The notes beneath the pieces were generated by a model that made no database searches, was not told the DNA's origin, and saw only the letters and a program-made list of their open reading frames with translations. DNA of 64,000 nt from Alphaproteobacteria bacterium (GTDB lineage Bacteria > Pseudomonadota > Alphaproteobacteria > UBA8317): positions 52,262 to 116,261 of the forward strand of contig JAYPQH010000037.1 of NCBI GenBank assembly GCA_038131935.1, in the 5' to 3' direction. Made by a program: the position numbers and the translations under genes. Below, in pieces: positions 31,033 to 40,086 of the stretch. Position 1 is the stretch's first letter; each line of letters opens with the position of its first letter.

Positions 31033-32322
31033 ATGGGTGTAAAAAAAATTATGGGGATCGCCGCTGTCGCTGCAGTGTTCGCTATTCCTGCTATGGCGGA
31101 GTCACTCAAGGTGGTTACGCTTGGATACCGTACCGGTGCATACGCGCCTAACGGCATTCCTTCACAGGATGGATTTGTTGACGCCATCAAACTTGTCAAC
31201 GAACGCGATGGTGGTGCCAATGGTGTGACCATTGAAGCCATTGAATGTGAAACAGGTTACAAAACAGATAAGGGTGTTGAGTGCTATGAGGCTCTGAAAA
31301 AAGACTCTCTTGTATTTATTCCACGCTCAACCGGCATTACCTATCAGTTGATCCCACGGGCAACATCTGATGGCACAACCATTTTCTCTATGGGTTATGG
31401 ACGTACATCTGCAATGGATGGGAAGACGTTCCCATGGGTATTTAACTTCCCTACAACATATTGGCATGGTGCTTCTGTTGCGGTGAATTACCTTCTTGGT
31501 GAAAATGGTGGTAGCTTGAAGGGCAAGAAGATCACTTTGCTCCACCATAACTCAGCATATGGTAAAGAACCAATCCGCACCTTGGAAAAACTTTCAGAAA
31601 AGCATGGGTTTGAGCTTGGCATCATTCCAGTCGACCACCCAGGCCAGGAACAGAAGTCACAATGGCTACAAATTCGCCGCGACCGCCCAGATTACGTTTT
31701 AATGTGGGGATGGGGTGTGATGAACCAAGTTGCTATCAAAGAAGCTTCTAACGTTCGCTTCCCATTAGAAAACTTCATGGGTATTTGGTGGTCAGGTTCA
31801 GAGCAGGACGTTGTACCTGTTGGTGAAGGTGCACATGGCTACAAAGCGCTGAACTTTGTGAAGGTTGGATCTGATGCGCCGGTGTTTAAGGATATTAAAA
31901 AGTATCTTGTCGACACAGGTAAGGTTACCGGTGATGGTACCCATATTGGATCTGCAATTTACAACAAAACCTTCTTCGAAGCGATGTTGGTTGTAGAAGC
32001 GATCAAGACCGCGCAAAAGATGCATAACACAAAAATGATCACAAAAGCCCAATTCCGTGATGGTATGGAAAACTTGGTTGTGACCGAAGAAACATTGGCA
32101 TCATGGGGTATGGCTGGTTTTGCGGCTCCAATTTCAGTGAGCTGTGACAACCATACTGGTCAGGGCTATGCATTTGTTCAGCAGTGGGATGCTAAAAAAG
32201 GTGCATGGAACAAAGTATCTGATGACATTGCACCAGATATGGATGTGATTGAGCCTTTAATCCGTGAAGATGCTGCGGGTTACGCTAAAGAAAATGGCAT
32301 CACACCAAAGTGCATGTCTTAA
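31033..32322 (+). CDS. HAAT ABC transporter periplasmic substrate-binding protein
   Basis: AAGGAGG RBS, signal peptide ending AMA, YRTGAYAPNG, ECETGY, EQKSQWLQIRR. Confidence 0.92.
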   Translation: MGVKKIMGIAAVAAVFAIPAMAESLKVVTLGYRTGAYAPNGIPSQDGFVDAIKLVNERDGGANGVTIEAIECETGYKTDKGVECYEALKKDSLVFIPRSTGITYQLIPRATSDGTTIFSMGYGRTSAMDGKTFPWVFNFPTTYWHGASVAVNYLLGENGGSLKGKKITLLHHNSAYGKEPIRTLEKLSEKHGFELGIIPVDHPGQEQKSQWLQIRRDRPDYVLMWGWGVMNQVAIKEASNVRFPLENFMGIWWSGSEQDVVPVGEGAHGYKALNFVKVGSDAPVFKDIKKYLVDTGKVTGDGTHIGSAIYNKTFFEAMLVVEAIKTAQKMHNTKMITKAQFRDGMENLVVTEETLASWGMAGFAAPISVSCDNHTGQGYAFVQQWDAKKGAWNKVSDDIAPDMDVIEPLIREDAAGYAKENGITPKCMS

Positions 32323-32330
32323 GATAATGA

Positions 32331-32360
32331 ATTTCTGGCCGGTTTTAACCGGCCAGAAGT
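32331..32360 (+). terminator. Strong hairpin after the SBP gene (mRNA-stabilising stem or partial terminator)
   Basis: Perfect 12-bp inverted repeat ttctggccggtt-tt-aaccggccagaa (32333-32358), no U-tract, internal to the operon. Confidence 0.65.
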
Positions 32361-32383
32361 TGTGAACAGGTGGGGATAGAAAA

Positions 32384-33211
32384 ATGGAAACACAGCAAAC
32401 CGCTGCACAAGAGAATGTTCTGGAAGTCAGCAACATTGAAGTTATTTACAACCATGTGATCCTTGTGCTCCGTGGGGTTAGTCTCAATGTTCCAAAGGGT
32501 AGTATTACAGCACTGCTCGGTGGGAATGGGGCAGGTAAAACAACCACATTAAAGTCTATTTCAAACCTGCTACGCTCCGAACGTGGAGATGTGACAAAGG
32601 GCTATATTCGTTACTTGGGAAAGGATATCCACAACTCTAATCCTTCTGATCTCGTTCAAAATGGGGTTATCCAAGTCATGGAGGGGCGTCACTGCTTTGA
32701 GCACTTAACCATTGAAGAAAACCTTCTTACGGGTGCTTTCACCCGCCGTGAAAGTTCATCTGTTATCGCCCAAGACCTTGAAATGGTGTATAATTATTTT
32801 CCACGCTTAAGGGAGCGTCGCCGCAGCCAAGCAGGTTATACCTCTGGTGGTGAGCAGCAAATGTGCGCGATTGGACGTGCTCTTATGTCAAAACCTGAAA
32901 TGGTATTGTTGGATGAGCCAAGTATGGGTTTGGCACCACAACTTGTGGAAGAAATTTTTGGTATTGTGAAGGAATTGAATGAGCGCGAAGGTGTTACATT
33001 TTTGTTGGCTGAGCAGAATACCAACGTTGCACTAAGATTTGCTCATTATGGATATATTTTGGAATCTGGCCGCATCGTGATGGATGGTCCTGCGGCCGCT
33101 TTACGTGAAAACCCTGACGTGAAAGAGTTTTACCTTGGTGTATCTGAGAAGGGCCGTAAGTCCTTCAGAGATGTGCGTAGTTATCGCCGTCGTAAGCGTT
33201 GGTTGAGCTAA
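32384..33211 (+). CDS. HAAT ABC transporter ATPase (LivF-like)
   Basis: GGNGAGKTT, EGRHCF, SGGEQQM, LDEPSMGLAP, EQN. Confidence 0.92.
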   Translation: METQQTAAQENVLEVSNIEVIYNHVILVLRGVSLNVPKGSITALLGGNGAGKTTTLKSISNLLRSERGDVTKGYIRYLGKDIHNSNPSDLVQNGVIQVMEGRHCFEHLTIEENLLTGAFTRRESSSVIAQDLEMVYNYFPRLRERRRSQAGYTSGGEQQMCAIGRALMSKPEMVLLDEPSMGLAPQLVEEIFGIVKELNEREGVTFLLAEQNTNVALRFAHYGYILESGRIVMDGPAAALRENPDVKEFYLGVSEKGRKSFRDVRSYRRRKRWLS

Positions 33212-33230
33212 GGACTTACGTCGTTCGCTC

Positions 33231-34718
33231 TCATCTGCCAAAATTAATGGTAGACGAAATGGCGCGAGACCATCGGTTTCGCGCGATCTCAATATCATCA
33301 ACTTCATACTTGGGCGTGCAGAATGTTGCGTTGTCCTTGGTTGTGTCTTTTACGTCTAATCCGTGATGTTCTGCAGCAAGTTTGGCTACACCTAAGCTGG
33401 TGAGTTCCTTGTGATAAGGTACACGTACTTTATACTGGGATATGTCTGATAGAGTTTGTTGAAACCATATATTGTCTGATAAGCCTCCATCTATTCCGAT
33501 ATAACCTATATCCTGCAAGCCTAAGTCATGCTCAGCGGCTTTCAAGAAGTCGGCAGTGACCCAAGCGATAGAGCTCACCGCTGCAGCACTCAAATCTGCT
33601 TGATTGTGATACGCTTCCATTCCCAACCAACTGGCGCGACATTGGGTTTCCCAATATGGTGTCCCTAAGCCATTAAATGCCGGTATAAATATAGGTAAAT
33701 CTTGCAGCATGCGCGCTTGGCTTAGCAGTTCATCTAGCTGGTCAAATGTTGTGAATAAACCCAATTGATCTCTCAACCAATCAACGACCGCACCGGCAAA
33801 GAATATGGACCCCTCAAGGGCAAAAAGGGTTTTGGTGGGTAATTTGGCAAATACTGTCGATAACAATCCATGACCTGATTTTGCGCAACTTGTGCCGGTG
33901 TTGATGAGTCCAAATGCACCTGTGCCATAGGTTAATTTTGCGCCATGAATGGTTTGACCGACATGACCATATAATGAAGCCTGTTGATCACCTAAGATGG
34001 CGGTCAGCGGAATGGGATGAGGCCACCCATCAATAAAAATTTCACACAAATCACCTTGAGAAGGAATAAGTTTGGGTAAAATTTCTTCTGGAAGTGAAAA
34101 CGCCTCGAGAAGTTCTGGAAGCCAGTCACCCTCATGCAGTCCATATAGTAATGTCCGAGACGCATTTGAATGCTCAATGACAATCTCTTGCGTAGTGTCC
34201 TGTAGGCCAGAGATCAACCAACTATCTATTGTTCCAAACGCAATGTTTTTAAAATTCACATTTTTATTCTGTCTCAGAAGGTTATTACATGCGTTTTGAA
34301 GTTTGCTGGCGGTGAAGTAAGGATTAATGGGAAGACCAGTACGTTGCTGAAACCATGCATCCCCAAGTTCCTGACGCAAATGCTCACATGATTCAGCAGA
34401 AGAGGTATCTTGCCAGCTCACAGCAGAACAAAGGGGCGTCTTTGTTTGCCGGTCAAACAGCACAAAAGTTTCTCTCTGGTTGGTCAGTCCCGCAATTAAT
34501 CTATCTGTGCTGCCAAGTTTCGCCAAGTGGATTGCTTCTGCACAAACATCTCTTGTTTTTTCTAAAATCTCCACCGGGTCTTGATGAACGACACCATGTT
34601 GGCCACGTGAGATTTTTAGACCTCGTTGGGCGGATGATCTAACGGTGAGGGCCTCATCATAAATGATAGCGCGGGTAGACGTTGTTCCAGCATCTATCGC
34701 TAAGATAAAAGTCGCCAT
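33231..34718 (-). CDS. glpK: Glycerol kinase (divergent FGGY family)
   Basis: AIDAGTTSTRA, TNQRET, WQD, SNASRT, GDQQASL, TYGTGAF, ALEGS. Confidence 0.85.
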   Translation of the reverse strand: MATFILAIDAGTTSTRAIIYDEALTVRSSAQRGLKISRGQHGVVHQDPVEILEKTRDVCAEAIHLAKLGSTDRLIAGLTNQRETFVLFDRQTKTPLCSAVSWQDTSSAESCEHLRQELGDAWFQQRTGLPINPYFTASKLQNACNNLLRQNKNVNFKNIAFGTIDSWLISGLQDTTQEIVIEHSNASRTLLYGLHEGDWLPELLEAFSLPEEILPKLIPSQGDLCEIFIDGWPHPIPLTAILGDQQASLYGHVGQTIHGAKLTYGTGAFGLINTGTSCAKSGHGLLSTVFAKLPTKTLFALEGSIFFAGAVVDWLRDQLGLFTTFDQLDELLSQARMLQDLPIFIPAFNGLGTPYWETQCRASWLGMEAYHNQADLSAAAVSSIAWVTADFLKAAEHDLGLQDIGYIGIDGGLSDNIWFQQTLSDISQYKVRVPYHKELTSLGVAKLAAEHHGLDVKDTTKDNATFCTPKYEVDDIEIARNRWSRAISSTINFGR

Positions 34719-36202
34719 TAGTCCTCTCCCAAATATTTTTTAAGTGACATTTTTGCGTTTTGGGTTGCCTGTAAATATTGCTTGGTTCGGCGATACAAAA
34801 TATCCTCGCTGGTATAAGCCCATTCATTATGTTGCAAATAGTCAATTTCCCGCAACGAAAGATCACCAACCATCAGATCACCAATGTCTTCTATGCAAGA
34901 TGCATCGCCAAAAATGTCAAACACGCGCATTCCTTGCTGCCTCATCATACGATCCACCAAGGTTAGAGGTAAAAAAGAATAGCGTCCAACAATTTGCTGG
35001 CGGAGATCATTCTTCTGCGATGGGTGATAGCCTGCGCCCGGGAAGGTCTCATCTTTTATCCAAGGACCATCAATTGTGGTCAATTTTGTATGTTGGGAGA
35101 GTTGTTTGATGGCGTCTAGAGCAAGGCGTCGGAAGGTTGTGATTTTTCCGCCTATAACATGTAAACAAATGGAAGCATTGTGATCAGAAATATGGAATTC
35201 GTAATCACGTGAGGCTGTGCTGTTGTTCTTGCCCTTCTGATGCATCAATGTGCGTACACCAGCAAAATCATGGCATATCTCATCCTCCATGATCGGCTGT
35301 GCAAAAAACAAATTCATACCATCAAGGATATATTGTCTTTCTTCCTCAGAGCAATGAACAGCATCTAAGGCAGAATGATGCGTTACATCTGTGGTGCCCA
35401 ACAATGCGAAATGTTGCTCATAAGGAAGCGCGAACATAATGCGTTTATCCGCAAGTTGGAAAATATAAGCATGATCAAGTGAGCGCTTAATGATCAAGTG
35501 GCTTCCCCGAACCCAACTAACATTCTTCTCAAAGTCTCTACGCTCTATCTGTTCTGCATTGTCTGAGACCCATCCACCAGAGGCGTTGATCAAAAACTTG
35601 CTGTAAACCTCAACTTCATCTTGACCAGTTGTTTGATAACACACATGCCATGAACCGTTACGAGGTTTGGATGAAACAAAACAGCTACGCGTCTTGATAT
35701 CTGCGCCCATATCAGCAGCATGTCGTGCACATAAAAAAACCAAGCGAGAATCATCGACCCATGCATCTTGATAATCAAAGCCCAAATTAAAATTGTCGCC
35801 AATAAATGGATCTGTTTGAGGCGTCATAGAACGTGGACTAACCCAAATTTTTGATACATTACCTGCCAACATATTGTATAAGCCAAGGCCGGCACGAAGC
35901 ATGAATTCTGAGCGAAGTTTCTTGTCAAACGGAAGCGTAAAGGTCATTGGCCAAGCGATATGGGGAAGTCGTTCCACCAAATAGTCACGCTCAAGCAATG
36001 ATTTACGCACCATGGAAAACTCATAATTTTCTAAATAACGAAGTCCACCATGAAGCAATTTTGTTGATGCTGATGATGTTGCGGAGCCCAAGTCATTCTT
36101 TTCAAGAAGAAGTACCTTATGGCCACGTCCTGATAATTCGCGCGCGAGGCTACAGCCATTGATTCCACCTCCAACAATTGTAAAATCATAACGTTGTTGC
36201 AT
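34718..36202 (-). CDS. glpD: FAD-dependent glycerol-3-phosphate dehydrogenase
   Basis: GGGING, TSSASTKLLHGGLRYLE, DDSRL, GTTD, SRDY, GGKITTFR. Confidence 0.93.
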   Translation of the reverse strand: MQQRYDFTIVGGGINGCSLARELSGRGHKVLLLEKNDLGSATSSASTKLLHGGLRYLENYEFSMVRKSLLERDYLVERLPHIAWPMTFTLPFDKKLRSEFMLRAGLGLYNMLAGNVSKIWVSPRSMTPQTDPFIGDNFNLGFDYQDAWVDDSRLVFLCARHAADMGADIKTRSCFVSSKPRNGSWHVCYQTTGQDEVEVYSKFLINASGGWVSDNAEQIERRDFEKNVSWVRGSHLIIKRSLDHAYIFQLADKRIMFALPYEQHFALLGTTDVTHHSALDAVHCSEEERQYILDGMNLFFAQPIMEDEICHDFAGVRTLMHQKGKNNSTASRDYEFHISDHNASICLHVIGGKITTFRRLALDAIKQLSQHTKLTTIDGPWIKDETFPGAGYHPSQKNDLRQQIVGRYSFLPLTLVDRMMRQQGMRVFDIFGDASCIEDIGDLMVGDLSLREIDYLQHNEWAYTSEDILYRRTKQYLQATQNAKMSLKKYLGED

Positions 36203-36252
36203 ACCGTGCACTTCCCTTATCAAATATATGATAACCAAAATAAAAATTAGAC

Positions 36253-37440
36253 TTGTACCTTAATACGTTGAAAGGCGATATCAATTTGGCAGACCATAAC
36301 ATTCTCTATGAATTTGGCAAAAATAAGATTGAGCCTTGGGTAGGTGAATATCCGTATGCACATGAGACAGACAGAGCAATATTTCAAGAAGCTGGACGTT
36401 TAGGGCTTATCGGTTGTGATATTGGTCTAGAATCCAGCAGTGATGACTCTTTACTCATGAAAAAGTTTTCGATGGCAACAATTTGTGGCTTTTTTGACGC
36501 CAATGTAACGTTGTCGTTGATCAATTCTGGAAATGTTGCCAAGAAAATTCTCTCATCATCACAGGATGAAAAGGTTATTTCTTTAGCTGAGAAAATTCGT
36601 TCCGGTGGGTGCGTTGCTTGTACCGCCATCACAGAGGATAGCTCTGGCTCAGCCGTTTCATCACTCTCCACATGTGCACGTAGATATCAAGATGGCTGGC
36701 TGCTTCATGGTTCTAAGTCATGGATCATTAATGCGACGATTGCAGATTATATATTGGTTTACGCACAAATACATGACGATCATGGTGCTACCGATCAATG
36801 GGGTGCATTTTTGGTGGCCAAGGATTCTAAAGGTTTTTCTGTGACAGCAACTAGGCTGGATGGAGCTGAAGGGCTTGGATTGGGTGCCGTCTCGTTAAAC
36901 AATGTCATGATACCTTCTTGGTGCTGCATGATTGCGAATGATAGGGCGAAAAAACTCCTTCTGCATGAATTGAATGAAGCCCGAGCCTATGTTGCAGCTT
37001 TGGCTGTTGGGGTCATGGATCGTCTTTGTGAAGAAACCATCACTTACGCATCACAGCGTCAGATCGGTGTGGATGTTCTGGTGCATTTAAGCGGTTGGAG
37101 ATCGATGATGGCAGACGCTCAGTCTGACCTTTTCGTATTATCAACAGCGCTGAAGCAACTGCCCCCTGATATGCTACGCCAACAACAATTTCCCAAGGTT
37201 GCTGCCCAATTAAAACTCATGGCAACAAATATGTTGCAGCGCCATGTCCCCGCTTTTATGCATACACATGGAGCGCAAGGGCTATTAAGTCACGGAAGGG
37301 TTTTACGTATTGCAAAATTTGTCTCCATCATAGGTTTGATTGATGGCGCAACAGAAGTCCTTCAAGATCGTGTGGTGAGGTCGGTCTTGAGTGCGCGTAA
37401 TAGCCAAAAAGGCAATGCTGAACGAGGAAGCGGAAAATAG
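36253..37440 (+). CDS. Divergent acyl-CoA dehydrogenase family protein
   Basis: AITEDSSGS, GSKSWIINA, HGAQGL, LIDGATEVL. Confidence 0.78.
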   Translation: MYLNTLKGDINLADHNILYEFGKNKIEPWVGEYPYAHETDRAIFQEAGRLGLIGCDIGLESSSDDSLLMKKFSMATICGFFDANVTLSLINSGNVAKKILSSSQDEKVISLAEKIRSGGCVACTAITEDSSGSAVSSLSTCARRYQDGWLLHGSKSWIINATIADYILVYAQIHDDHGATDQWGAFLVAKDSKGFSVTATRLDGAEGLGLGAVSLNNVMIPSWCCMIANDRAKKLLLHELNEARAYVAALAVGVMDRLCEETITYASQRQIGVDVLVHLSGWRSMMADAQSDLFVLSTALKQLPPDMLRQQQFPKVAAQLKLMATNMLQRHVPAFMHTHGAQGLLSHGRVLRIAKFVSIIGLIDGATEVLQDRVVRSVLSARNSQKGNAERGSGK

Positions 37441-37442
37441 AG

Positions 37443-38984
37443 ATGATGGATATAGGTAGCTGGGCGCAAAAACACCCCCATAAGATAGCTTGCAGCATGG
37501 CTGATGGGTCTCAAAAATTGACCTTCCAGCAGTTGAATGAGCAGGTAGGCAAAGGCGCACAGTTTTTCGAAGATGAAGGGCTTGCACCAGGTGATCATGT
37601 TGGCCTTCTTTTGGATAATCAGCTCGCTTATTTTTCCGTATGTTTCGCAGCTGAGCGTGCTGGGCTTTATTATACACCTATCAACATACGGCTTTCATGC
37701 GATGATATTGCTTTCATTATCCAGCATTCAGAAATAAAAATTCTTGTGACTGAACAACGCTTCGTTCAACAATGGCCAGAACTTTTTACCAAATTGCAAC
37801 AGCATATGGCCATTTTTTATGTTGACGGGGTGGGAACAGATAACTGGTTCCAGACGATTCAAGGCCACCATGTAAAGGACACAGCCACAGGGTCATTGGG
37901 TCAGGATATGATTTATTCATCGGGCACCACAGGTACGCCGAAGGCGATTAAGTGGCCCCTGGTGGAATTGCCCAGCAACGGTCGAACAATGCTGGTGGAT
38001 TTGCTCAGTGGTTTATTCGGGTATGATGACAACACAAATTATCTATCAACGGCACCTTTGTACCATGCAGCACCCCTCCGGCATTCCATGACCGTGATGA
38101 AGGTCGGTGGTTGTGTGTATGTTATGGAAAAATTTGATGCGCTTGAGTCACTGAAAGCTATTGAGACATTGTCAATCACCCATTCCCAATGGGTTCCTGC
38201 GATGTTTGTAAGGCTTTTGAAGTTGCCGCTTTCCACACGCACGCAATTTGATCTCAGTTCACATCAAATGGCTGTTCACGCGGCAGCACCTTGTCCGATT
38301 GATATCAAACAGATGATGATGGACTGGTGGGGCCCGATCATACATGAATATTACGCAGGCACTGAAAACAATGGCTTTTGTGCCATTACACCCACGCAAT
38401 GGATGTCTCATCGTGGTTCCGTGGGCCGATCAAAGCATGGTGTCATACATATTTGTGATGACGAGGGTTCACCATTGCCAATAGGCCAGATTGGCCATGT
38501 CTATTTTTCTGGGGGGCAACCATTTGCCTACCATAAAGATCCTGAGCGTACAGCGAAAACGCAAAATGAACTTGGTTGGACAACGATTGGCGATATCGGA
38601 AAAATTGATGAAGAGGGTTATCTGTATCTTCAAGACCGCGTAGATTTTCTTATCAATTCTGGTGGGGTAAAAATCTATCCACAAAAAATTGAAGACGCCA
38701 TTGTCACCCAGGAGAATGTCATGGATGTTGCTGTCTTTGGCTGGCCTGATGATGATTTTGGTGAGGTGGTTACCGCTATTATCCAACCTTTAGAGGCTGT
38801 TGAAGATGAGAAACGTTTCGCTGATGACATAAAGAGGGAGCTAAGTTCTAAGCTTGGAAAATTTGAAATCCCCAAACATATTGGTTTTTTGGAGCAATTG
38901 CCTCGCCATCCAACGGGTAAATTGTATAAAAAGAAATTACGAGAAGATCTTTTGGCATCAGTGCAAAAGATAAATTTTTGGTAA
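37443..38984 (+). CDS. Acyl-CoA synthetase (AMP-forming)
   Basis: YSSGTTGTPK, APLYHAAP, HAAAPCP, EYYAGTE, GDIG, SGGVKIYP, TGKLYK. Confidence 0.9.
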   Translation: MMDIGSWAQKHPHKIACSMADGSQKLTFQQLNEQVGKGAQFFEDEGLAPGDHVGLLLDNQLAYFSVCFAAERAGLYYTPINIRLSCDDIAFIIQHSEIKILVTEQRFVQQWPELFTKLQQHMAIFYVDGVGTDNWFQTIQGHHVKDTATGSLGQDMIYSSGTTGTPKAIKWPLVELPSNGRTMLVDLLSGLFGYDDNTNYLSTAPLYHAAPLRHSMTVMKVGGCVYVMEKFDALESLKAIETLSITHSQWVPAMFVRLLKLPLSTRTQFDLSSHQMAVHAAAPCPIDIKQMMMDWWGPIIHEYYAGTENNGFCAITPTQWMSHRGSVGRSKHGVIHICDDEGSPLPIGQIGHVYFSGGQPFAYHKDPERTAKTQNELGWTTIGDIGKIDEEGYLYLQDRVDFLINSGGVKIYPQKIEDAIVTQENVMDVAVFGWPDDDFGEVVTAIIQPLEAVEDEKRFADDIKRELSSKLGKFEIPKHIGFLEQLPRHPTGKLYKKKLREDLLASVQKINFW

Positions 38985-39021
38985 TTGCCGTGATAAGGTC
39001 CAAAACATAGGGTGGTAAGTT

Positions 39022-39729
39022 ATGGGCGAAAATAAAAAAATACTTTGTGTCCTGCATCAAGCTCATTCGACCACGGCACGAATTGGACGCCTTTTGCGCG
39101 AGCAAGGTTATGAAATCATCAAATGCCGACATGCTCTTGGTGAGCCTTTGCCATCAAATTGCCAAGATTATGCAGGCATTGTCGTCTTTGGTGGGCCTAT
39201 GTCGGCAAATGATACGCATCTTGATTTTATCAAAAATGAGATTGATTGGATTGCTTCTGGAAAGCCATTGGAGGTTCCATTTCTGGGGGTATGTTTAGGC
39301 GCTCAACTGCTAGCCCGTGCCATGGGGGGAACAGTGCATCCTCATCCCGAGGGTGTTAAAGAAATTGGTTATCACAAAATCAATATGACCACAGATGGGC
39401 AGGACCTTTTGGGCCTTACAGATACGCATGTGTTTCAATGGCATTCTGAAGGGGTACAATTGGGAGAATCTGGACAAACACTTGCCTATTCACAGCATTT
39501 CGATAATCAAATGTTTGTAGCTGGAAAACATATTTGGGGGGTGCAATTCCATTTGGAGATGTTCGCTGAGCTCATGGAGCGCTGGTACGCCCGTGCAAAA
39601 CCCGATTTGAATATTGCTGGCACACATGATGTACATCTATCCCGCGAAGGTTCCCGAGAATGGCTTGGACCAAATGAGGACTTGCTTAAACAAGTGGTAC
39701 ATGAATGGCTCCACTCGGGGTCTAAGTAA
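39022..39729 (+). CDS. Class I glutamine amidotransferase-like protein
   Basis: FGGPMSAND, GVCLGAQL (nucleophile Cys), QWHSE, QFHLE. Confidence 0.87.
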   Translation: MGENKKILCVLHQAHSTTARIGRLLREQGYEIIKCRHALGEPLPSNCQDYAGIVVFGGPMSANDTHLDFIKNEIDWIASGKPLEVPFLGVCLGAQLLARAMGGTVHPHPEGVKEIGYHKINMTTDGQDLLGLTDTHVFQWHSEGVQLGESGQTLAYSQHFDNQMFVAGKHIWGVQFHLEMFAELMERWYARAKPDLNIAGTHDVHLSREGSREWLGPNEDLLKQVVHEWLHSGSK

Positions 39730-39789
39730 GCCTAGTATCACAAACTTACGCATGATAGGGCCATAAAAGCATTTGGGAGATCAGAATTT

Positions 39790-40086
39790 ATGTGTTCACT
39801 CGTTCAACTTTTATCAATGATTATCGATATTGCGACTTGGTTACTCATCGCGAATGTATTGCTTAGCTGGCTGACAGCCTTTGGTGTGTTGAATATGCGT
39901 CATCGTATCGTGTATCAAATTGCAAGTTCCATATATTCTGCTACTGAGCCGATGGTTGGGCCTGTTCGTCGCCTTCTACCTCCCATGGGTGGGTTAGATT
40001 TTTCACCTATCGTTGTATTTTTGTTGCTGGGATTTCTCAAAAGCTTGCTTTGGGAATATGGTGGCCCAAGCTTCTGTATGGGGTGA
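39790..40086 (+). CDS. yggT: YggT-family membrane protein
   Basis: LLSWL, TEP..GPVRRLLP.MGGLDFSPIV. Confidence 0.9.
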   Translation: MCSLVQLLSMIIDIATWLLIANVLLSWLTAFGVLNMRHRIVYQIASSIYSATEPMVGPVRRLLPPMGGLDFSPIVVFLLLGFLKSLLWEYGGPSFCMG

